Both the position numbers and the translations under genes were made by a program. Under the pieces are notes generated by a model. It did no database searches and was not told the DNA's origin. It saw only the letters and a program-made list of their open reading frames with translations. Positions 51,344 to 58,191 of a stretch of 64,000 bases of DNA are shown piece by piece. The stretch covers positions 187,544 to 251,543 of IMG/VR virus record IMGVR_UViG_3300042922_000643. One strand, given 5' to 3'. Positions within the stretch are counted from its first letter, which is position 1. Each line of letters starts with the position of its first letter.

Positions 51344-51372
51344 TTGCAACTGTATTGACGTTATGGTACAAT
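51344..51372 (+). promoter_or_regulatory. SigA-type promoter
   Basis: TTGCAA - 17 nt - TACAAT with an extended -10 TG. Confidence 0.65.
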
Positions 51373-51423
51373 CATTTTTGTTGAGAAGTGATCGGGAAAA
51401 TACATTAAAAAGGTGGAGATAAA

Positions 51424-51972
51424 ATGAACCCAGTTCGAGAAGAAAATAAGATTACAATTGCTGAAACCGTTGCTGTAAAAACCTATATGACACGTCACCT
51501 CAGCGAGCTGCAATCGGAGCGTACTCGTGCTGCTACAGAGGAAGTCGATAAAGGCGCTACTGCTGAAATTCCAGCACGTAACGTTGATGTAATCACAGAT
51601 GAAATCTGGGAAACGTTCAAAGATATTCGAACTATTGAAAATCTCCTTGAACAAGCCAACATTCAAAATTATGTTGAATGGGATGGGCAAAAGATCACTG
51701 TTAGCGAAGCAATCTCTTTCGCTAAACAAATTCGTAGCCAAATTGATACGCTGAAGAGTCTCGGCCAACGAAAGAAGATTGATAAGGTTCCAAATCGTCC
51801 ATTTGGCACAACGGATTCGGTTCCCCAAATTCGTGTGGCTCTTTACGATCCTGATAAATACCGTGAATATGCGGCAAAGCTGGAACGTCAAGTCAATGCT
51901 CTTTCTAGAGACATTGATCACTCGAATCACACGAATTATATCGTGTTTGACGCTTCAAAATATATCGGATAA
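51424..51972 (+). CDS. Coiled-coil protein, DIP1984-like
   Basis: ITIAE...L..L ... TVSEAI...Q...LD..I...N pattern. Confidence 0.55.
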   Translation: MNPVREENKITIAETVAVKTYMTRHLSELQSERTRAATEEVDKGATAEIPARNVDVITDEIWETFKDIRTIENLLEQANIQNYVEWDGQKITVSEAISFAKQIRSQIDTLKSLGQRKKIDKVPNRPFGTTDSVPQIRVALYDPDKYREYAAKLERQVNALSRDIDHSNHTNYIVFDASKYIG

Positions 51973-52032
51973 TATGGAGGTAGACATAATCATCTTCCTC
52001 TTTTACGTAACCTGAGCTAGCACTTTGATGCT

Positions 52033-52151
52033 GCTCAGCTTGAAGGATATAACGTTTATACAGTGTTTTCGCTATAGACCGTTGACGCCTTAGCTGCTGA
52101 GGTTATATGCGATGTACGGCACTCGAAGACCTTGCATCCTTCAAGCTGAGC
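52033..52151 (+). ncRNA. UAUAC/CGAA hairpin element C
   Basis: Outer stem GCTCAGCTTGAAGGAT/ATCCTTCAAGCTGAGC; TATAC-AGTG ... CACT-CGAA. Confidence 0.7.
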
Positions 52152-52260
52152 GAAGAAGATTATACGACGTGCTGAAGAGTAGCCATATCCGACGCCTGAG
52201 CGAACAGGGGCTAGGCTTTGAAATCCCCTGACTCCTAAGACATTAGCGTCCGAATTCTTC
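52152..52260 (+). ncRNA. UAUAC/CGAA hairpin element D
   Basis: GAAGAA/TTCTTC; TATAC-GACG ... CGTC-CGAA. Confidence 0.65.
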
Positions 52261-52478
52261 TCCCCAGCTTGAAGAGTATAAGTGGTAGTAGGCCTGGAAG
52301 CAGCCATCTTAAGAGTGGGACAGCGGCTATAACTTGCTCCGTGACACTGGGCTAACTCGGGTAGCGGATAAAAGCATTTTATAGAGAGGAAATAAGGAGG
52401 CACCCCGTAACTGGTAAGGCCGACCTTTCCCTTTAGCGTAATAGCACACCATTTATACTTTTCAAGCTGTTTGGGGAA
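52261..52478 (+). ncRNA. RNA carrying a 23S rRNA L11-binding (H43/H44) domain mimic
   Basis: GTAGGCCTGGAAGCAGCCATCTTAAGAG (52288-52315) ... AGCGTAATAGCACAC (52435-52449), closed by an approximately 25-bp terminal stem. Confidence 0.7.
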
Positions 52479-52538
52479 CAGCAATCGTCTATTTCCAGAA
52501 AATCAGCCTCTATCATGAGGGAGGAGAGAAATCTCCTC

Positions 52539-52882
52539 CACAGCTTGAAGCTCCCAAGTTAAATAAAATAGTCGTTCAAATCGACGGCGTGGGTTATCCT
52601 CGCCAGCCATTGGAGGCACTTGGGAGTTACAAGCTGTGGGAACACAGCAGCAGGAAGATGTGAGCAACAGGGTTCTAGCCAGCTGACCTGGTTAGACGCG
52701 TATCGGCGGTGGTTATCCAGCGTGCGAGACACAACCAAACCAACTTGACATTGGTGTTACCTTAGGCAGGTACAAGAACCAACGTATAAGCGAATAACGG
52801 TTGACACCTTACGATAGTCACATCTAACATACTCCTTTGGATATTTCCTTTCGGAAATTCGGAAAAGTCTCTGCTTCCTGCT
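52539..52882 (+). ncRNA. Two further stem-enclosed structured RNA candidates
   Basis: CACAGCTTG..CTCCCAAGT/ACTTGGGAG..CAAGCTGTG; AGCAGGAAG/CTTCCTGCT and AGATGTGA/TCACATCT. Confidence 0.5.
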
Positions 52883-52951
52883 TTATTTTAATATTCTCTA
52901 GGGGGACACATGGTGTGTCCTCTTTTCCATTTCTATAAGGCGGTGATATTT

Positions 52952-53347
52952 ATGAATTACCTTGATCCACGAGAAGGAAAAGAAATCACAGGTAGTACGG
53001 GGGAAATCCGCGTCAGACTCGTTGGTGGATCATTTCATGAATCTGCCTTTGCTACTGTTAAAGAGGGGGACGAAGTTACCCTTCAAAAAGAACCCAAAAA
53101 TAAATATGACAGATATGCTATTGTAGTGCTCTCTGAAAATAACCGTGTTTTGGGTTATATTGCCAATAGAGTAGAAACTATTGGGAGAAACAAAGCAACA
53201 AATTCCGCAGCGGATGTATATAGACATATCAACGATAGAACATCAGCTATCATAATTGATAAGAGTCCAAGCTCTGCCGTACTTTTGATTAATGCTTCGA
53301 ATGAAGTTTTTTTAAATAGATTAAAGGAGGAGAAGTTCGATGATTAA
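52952..53347 (+). CDS. HIRAN domain protein with shared C-terminal tag
   Basis: LVG..F, GDEVTLQKEPKNKYDRYAIVV...LGYI; ends SNEVFLNRLKEEKFDD. Confidence 0.85.
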   Translation: MNYLDPREGKEITGSTGEIRVRLVGGSFHESAFATVKEGDEVTLQKEPKNKYDRYAIVVLSENNRVLGYIANRVETIGRNKATNSAADVYRHINDRTSAIIIDKSPSSAVLLINASNEVFLNRLKEEKFDD

Positions 53348-53929
53348 TTCTAGATCATCTTCTTTAGTAGAATTAATAGAGATGTCTCTCTTAGCTAATC
53401 ACGAAATTCTAGTTCTTTTATCTCGTAACTCTGGTTTTAGTTCACAAGCTGGAGAAAAAGAAGTAGGTCGTATTTTAAAATCTATTGGTTATATGAACGA
53501 ACCTTGGTTTAAAGTTGAATGGAGCATCAGAAGAACTACCAACAATTATCCATTAGAGGATCTTATCATTATTTCTTCAACGGACTTTAATAATGAAAAT
53601 CTTTCTAAGATTTATCTTAGAGATATGGATTAGGAGGTTCGTTCTATATGATTACAGAAGAAATTATTTTAAGCCATATTCGTCATGGAAAAGTGATAGA
53701 AGTTTTGCTATCTCGATATTCTGAATACGCTGAACAAGCAAAAGAAGATGAAATCGGAAAAATTACTGGCAAACTGGATGATGATGGTGATCTTGAAGGT
53801 ATATGGTTTCAAGTCGAATGGGATTCAGGCGATGTGAATTATTATCATTTATCAGATCTGATTTTCATTAATTTTTCTACGGATAATTACAGTATGCTTT
53901 CTCTTCTCCAAGATATCGACGACGTATAA
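53340..53929 (+). CDS. Two tandem SH3-like paralogs (53340-53633, 53648-53929) with the shared C-terminal tag
   Basis: Shared I.VLLSR.S....QA...E.G.I..WF.VEW....N.Y.L.DLI; tails NNENLSKIYLRD, DNYSMLSLLQD. Confidence 0.8.
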
Positions 53930-54069
53930 AGTAAAGTCACAATAGGATTTATACGCTTCGATATAGTCAAGACCCGTAGTCTATTACTGGGTTGAAGCCA
54001 CGTAACCTTCCATCGGAAACGTGGCTGTCTATAAATCTGCCGAAGATCCTATTGTGACTTTACTTTATA
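53925..54069 (+). ncRNA. UAUAC/CGAA hairpin element E
   Basis: Perfect 24-bp stem TATAAAGTAAAGTCACAATAGGAT/ATCCTATTGTGACTTTACTTTATA; TATAC 53950, CGAA 54041. Confidence 0.7.
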
Positions 54070-54086
54070 ATAAGGTGGGAACATTT

Positions 54087-56246
54087 ATGAGAACGTTAGT
54101 CCTTACTCGTGGTATAATGGCTTCTTCAAAATCAACATGGATTGCTGAAAATGGTCTTGCACCTTTTACTTTATCTAGTGATAACTTGCGTCTACTCCAT
54201 TCTGCTCCACAGCTTCAAGAAGATGGCAAGCAGGTAATAGCGGGATCGCAAGAAGGTAAGATCTGGAAACTTTTATTTGAAGTTTTGGAGCGACGTATGC
54301 AAAACGGCGATTTTACCGTCATTGATGCAACACATATTACTTCGAGTTCCATTTCTGAGTATCGTGAACTGGCTAATAAATATCGTTATCGCGTGTTTGT
54401 AGTGGATTTTACTAATGTTCCTTTGGAAATAGCTTTAGAGCGGAATAAAAATCGTGAAGAATATAAGTATGTTCCAGAACATAAGATTGAAATAGCTTAT
54501 GCTAAGCTTTCAGAAAATCATGTGCCTTCTTATGCGAAAGTTATTAAACCAGAAGAATTCTGGGATCATGTTTCATATACAAAAATTGATTACAGCTCTT
54601 ATCGCAAAATTCATCATATCGGGGATGTTCATGGATGCTACAGTGCATTAATGACTTACCTTTCAGGCGAAATGAAGGAAGACGAGTTGTATATTTTTGT
54701 TGGTGATTATCTAGACCGCGGCATTCAGAACCGCGAAGTTTTAGAATTCCTCATTCAGATTAAAGACCTTCCAAATGTTATTCTTCTTGAAGGTAATCAT
54801 GAAACTCATCTTCGCAAATGGTCAATGGATGAAACCGTTAAAAGTTTAGCATTCAACCACTATACCGAAAAAGAGATTCATGATGTTAATAAGTCCGCTG
54901 TTCGTGAACTGTGCAGAAAGTTCAGACAGGTTTGTTATTATGAATATTACGGCAAAACAGTGCTCGTCACTCATGGAGGCTTATCCTGCATTCCAAACGA
55001 ACTTGCTTTGATCTCGACTTCTCAATTTATTAAAGGAGTAGGAAATTATGAAGTTGATATTGATGCTATTTTCTCGGCTTCTGAACAAGATGGAACGTAC
55101 CAGGTCCATGGTCATCGCAACATCTTCAGACTGCCTATGCAAGCCGCTGAGCGTTCTTTTAACCTGGAGGGTAGAGTTGAATCAGGAGGAGACTTAAGGG
55201 CTCTTACACTAACTCCTGAGGGGTTTCAAGAGCATTGTATCCAGAATCATGTTTTTACAACAGAACATTCTCCAATGCCTCCCGTTGTAGGTTCCAAAAC
55301 AACTACAGACAATTTCATTGAATACCTTCAGTCACACAAAATGGTTAAAGAAACACAGATAACTGATCATATTTCATCTTTTAACTTTACACGTAAAGCA
55401 TTCAATAATGGCGTTTGGGATACGCTTAACATCAAGGCTCGCGGCCTTTTTGTGAATAAGCATACTCGAAAGATCGTTAGCCGATCTTATGATAAGTTTT
55501 TTAATATTGACGAAGTTCCAGCTACAAAGATGGGAACATTAGCCAATACCCTGGAATTTCCTGTGATTTTGTCAGAAAAACCGAATGGATACCTAGGTAT
55601 TATCGGGTATGATGAGGAGACAGATGAACTGATCTACTCTTCCAAGTCTGAAACTCGTGGTACTTATGCGGTATCATTCAGAAAACTTTTCGAAGAAAAA
55701 GTTCCTGTTGAAATACGTGCTTGGCTTAAAGGATATCTTTACGGAAATGACGTGTCGATAACTTTTGAGGTTATTCTTCCACAAGAAGATCCACACATCA
55801 TAGAATATAAAGAGAATACTTTGATCTTACTCGATATTATCCAGCGAAATGTTCAGTTCCAAAAGAGATCTTATTCCGAGGTTGTTGAGCTCGCAATGAA
55901 TCTTCTTCTTCCATATCGTAAAATCAAATATGTCTTCCATAACTGGTTAAGTTTCTATCACTGGTATCAAAACGCATCTCAAGATTATTCTGTTAAAGAA
56001 GAAGGGTATGTCCTTGAAGATAATTCAGGTTTTATGACAAAGATAAAATTACCGTACTATCTTTTCTGGAAGCAAATGCGTACAGCAAAATTCCAGGTGA
56101 AGATGGAGGGCTATATGCTTCCTCAGTGGTTGCCGCCAATTCCTGACGATCTTAAAAATTTCGTTGGGTGGGCTAAACAGCAAGATCAGGAGTATTTGAA
56201 ACGCGTGGATGTTATCCAGTTGCGTACAGATTACGAGGGCTCTTAA
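54087..56246 (+). CDS. RNA repair enzyme: polynucleotide kinase - metallophosphoesterase - Rnl1-like RNA ligase
   Basis: P-loop GIMASSKST and VIDAT; GDVHG, GDYLDRG, GNHE, HGG; KARGLF, SYDKFFN, EKPNG, EGYV, KIK. Confidence 0.9.
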   Translation: MRTLVLTRGIMASSKSTWIAENGLAPFTLSSDNLRLLHSAPQLQEDGKQVIAGSQEGKIWKLLFEVLERRMQNGDFTVIDATHITSSSISEYRELANKYRYRVFVVDFTNVPLEIALERNKNREEYKYVPEHKIEIAYAKLSENHVPSYAKVIKPEEFWDHVSYTKIDYSSYRKIHHIGDVHGCYSALMTYLSGEMKEDELYIFVGDYLDRGIQNREVLEFLIQIKDLPNVILLEGNHETHLRKWSMDETVKSLAFNHYTEKEIHDVNKSAVRELCRKFRQVCYYEYYGKTVLVTHGGLSCIPNELALISTSQFIKGVGNYEVDIDAIFSASEQDGTYQVHGHRNIFRLPMQAAERSFNLEGRVESGGDLRALTLTPEGFQEHCIQNHVFTTEHSPMPPVVGSKTTTDNFIEYLQSHKMVKETQITDHISSFNFTRKAFNNGVWDTLNIKARGLFVNKHTRKIVSRSYDKFFNIDEVPATKMGTLANTLEFPVILSEKPNGYLGIIGYDEETDELIYSSKSETRGTYAVSFRKLFEEKVPVEIRAWLKGYLYGNDVSITFEVILPQEDPHIIEYKENTLILLDIIQRNVQFQKRSYSEVVELAMNLLLPYRKIKYVFHNWLSFYHWYQNASQDYSVKEEGYVLEDNSGFMTKIKLPYYLFWKQMRTAKFQVKMEGYMLPQWLPPIPDDLKNFVGWAKQQDQEYLKRVDVIQLRTDYEGS

Positions 56247-56273
56247 GAGCCCTTTCTCTTAGGAGGTGAGACC

Positions 56274-56693
56274 ATGTCATATCATTACTATACAACCTCA
56301 ACAACTTCGACAACTTATAGTGGTTATTACAATACAAGTCAAAGAAAGAAAGCTGCTAAAAAACACAGACCCTTATCAGAAGAGTCAGAATTACTATCCA
56401 TCATGATATCCGACAAATTAAAAAGGAATAAGGAAGTATTCATAAGCCTTAAAATGGATACCCGTATTTTAAGGGATTTGAATAGGGTCTCTGGGGGTAC
56501 GATAAATCAGACAACTGTTTTAAAAGTACTCGGTGTTTACGTGAGTTCCTTTGGAAATCATAGCGTTATTACTCAGCATCCTGACATTTTAGCAGGAAGA
56601 GATATTAAAATATCTTTTTGTGATTTGGAACCAAAATTTGTAAATGAATTCGATACGGAAGATATGTTAATCATACTTCCTGATTTTGAATGA
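56274..56693 (+). CDS. Hypothetical protein with variant C-terminal tag
   Basis: Ends DTEDMLIILPDFE. Confidence 0.6.
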   Translation: MSYHYYTTSTTSTTYSGYYNTSQRKKAAKKHRPLSEESELLSIMISDKLKRNKEVFISLKMDTRILRDLNRVSGGTINQTTVLKVLGVYVSSFGNHSVITQHPDILAGRDIKISFCDLEPKFVNEFDTEDMLIILPDFE

Positions 56694-56698
56694 AGAAT

Positions 56699-56819
56699 CG
56701 CCTAATCAAAAGAGCATACTTATTATACGAACTGATTTGCCTGCCCTCGATGGAGGGTCGCTGACAGTAAGTCGTTGTGCTTACCTGTTCCGAAGTAAGT
56801 ATGTTCCTTTGATTAGGCG
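56699..56819 (+). ncRNA. UAUAC/CGAA hairpin element F
   Basis: CGCCTAATCAAA..GCATACTTA/TAAGTATGT..TTTGATTAGGCG; TATAC-GAAC ... GTTC-CGAA. Confidence 0.7.
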
Positions 56820-57178
56820 CATATGAGACATCTTTACTCATGCTGTTAAGAGATGGCAGCCTTCTCGTAGGTCTATCCTCCGAGGAGTACGAATCGGCTT
56901 CGTATCGCGTGTTATGTGAACAAGTCGGCTGGCGTGGTGTGCTGGCTTAATTGAATACCCCAAGTTGCCACATGCGTAAAGAAAGATCTGAGAACCTAAT
57001 CACGGTGAGGTTATAAGGACCTAGAGCCATACTTGAGCTAATCCCAGGGAACGTAATTCGAGACGGAAGTATGGAGAGAGCGATCTCCAGAACCCAAGAT
57101 CGTAAATCGTAGACGGACGAGGCCATGTCATTACTCAATGTGGTCCTGAATCCTTGCCAAAAAACTTTTTCGCTGATG

Positions 57179-57251
57179 ACAAGATTAACTCAGTTGGTAG
57201 AGTAGCCGCCATTATTGGAGGTCAGTCGCAGGTTCAAGTCCTGCATCTTGA
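57179..57251 (+). tRNA. tRNA-like element with non-canonical anticodon arm
   Basis: Acceptor CAAGAT/ATCTTG; D arm ACTC-AGTTGGTA-GAGT; T arm GCAGG-TTCAAGT-CCTGC; anticodon arm irregular; no CCA. Confidence 0.6.
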
Positions 57252-57278
57252 AAGTGGCGAAACATAAGTCAGTATTCC

Positions 57279-57350
57279 GCAGGTATAGCTCAGAGGTAGA
57301 GCGGGGCCAGGTTGCTGGTCATGTCGCGGGTTCGATCCCCGTTATCCGTG
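57279..57350 (+). tRNA. tRNA-like element with 4-nt anticodon loop
   Basis: D arm GCTC-AGAGGTA-GAGC; T arm with GGTTCGATCC; GGCCAG-GTTG-CTGGTC; no CCA. Confidence 0.6.
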
Positions 57351-57486
57351 GAATGCTGATGCTTTTAAAAAATTTACAGCAAGAGGTATTTTCTTCTTGT
57401 TTTCTTGCCAATTATTGTTTATATTATCTATAGTGAAAATGTAGATAATATCTGGGCAGGAAAGTAAACCAAGGAGCTGACACATT

Positions 57487-57906
57487 ATGATTAAGAGATT
57501 GCGACCTTTTGTAACTTCTTTCAGCGAAGCCATCATGTCCCAGCACACACATGGGGAAGAGGTATGCGTTGGTGGAGAAGTTAAACATGTGCTCGACGGC
57601 TCCCTATTCCTGAGTGAAAAGGATATGGAAGACACAAATAAGGACCCAGGCGTTTACTTGAAACTAGACGACGGGGTTGGCTTTAATTATATCGTAGCAC
57701 CTAAAATCGTTTGCGAACGGTTTGAAAAGGAACATGGTCCCTTACAAGGAGCTGTTGTCCTTGCCGTTGGCAAAATAATGGAGCTCGACATGAGGCAGGA
57801 GAAAAAAAGAAATGTTACGTTTACGGACCATCCAGAAAAGACCAAGCGCGTGGCTGCGTACTATCTCGGCCTTGTCCCTGAGCTTAATGAAGAAACTGGT
57901 GATTAA
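57487..57906 (+). CDS. Putative OB-fold protein (similar to the DnaE C-terminal OB domain)
   Basis: VCVGGEV...YLKLDDGVG...VVLAVGKI pattern. Confidence 0.55.
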   Translation: MIKRLRPFVTSFSEAIMSQHTHGEEVCVGGEVKHVLDGSLFLSEKDMEDTNKDPGVYLKLDDGVGFNYIVAPKIVCERFEKEHGPLQGAVVLAVGKIMELDMRQEKKRNVTFTDHPEKTKRVAAYYLGLVPELNEETGD

Positions 57907-57938
57907 GGAGGGGTATTCCTCTCCTTGATTATTGGTTG

Positions 57939-58052
57939 TATAGATATTAAAAGAAGCTTTGATTTATACGCGAATGACTGCTGATGCCTCCCGATGCGAG
58001 GTTTGAGACGTCGATAATTTGCCGAAGATCAAGGCTTCTTTTAGTATCTATA
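57939..58052 (+). ncRNA. UAUAC/CGAA hairpin element G
   Basis: TATAGATATTAAAAGAAGCTTTGAT/ATCAAGGCTTCTTTTAGTATCTATA; TATAC-GCGAAT ... ATTTGC-CGAA. Confidence 0.7.
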
Positions 58053-58066
58053 TCCATGTTGTTTCC

Positions 58067-58174
58067 TTGAAGGAAAAGAGAAGCTATACGTAGGCCGTAT
58101 ACTAGAGGCAATTCGTCCACCGTTGGTAGCGGGAGTATATATCTTTATCTGCCGAAACTTTTCTTTTCCTTCAA
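58067..58174 (+). ncRNA. UAUAC/CGAA hairpin element H
   Basis: TTGAAGGAAAAGAGAAG/CTTTTCTTTTCCTTCAA; TATAC-GTAGG ... TCTGC-CGAA. Confidence 0.7.
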
Positions 58175-58191
58175 CAAAATAATATGATATC

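Noticed and set aside
52261-52478. True rRNA gene or host 23S fragment
   Set aside because: Only the H43/H44 motifs match; they are split by an insertion and flanked by a non-rRNA stem.
52056-52484. 142-aa minus-strand ORF, and + strand ORF 57215-57433
   Set aside because: They overlap structured RNA or tRNA-like elements and lack RBSs.
10257-56693. C-terminal tag as a mere artefact of overlapping GGAGG RBSs
   Set aside because: This can explain some terminal Glu residues. It cannot explain the Asn and the Leu at +7, nor tags on genes with no overlapping downstream RBS (17976, 37222, 49737, 51036, 53648).
35348-58174. CRISPR array, loxP-like sites or MITEs as the explanation of the TATAC/CGAA hairpins
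   Set aside because: No direct repeats with regular spacing. Stem sequences differ between copies and contain strand-specific G-U pairs, which points to RNA structure rather than DNA sites.
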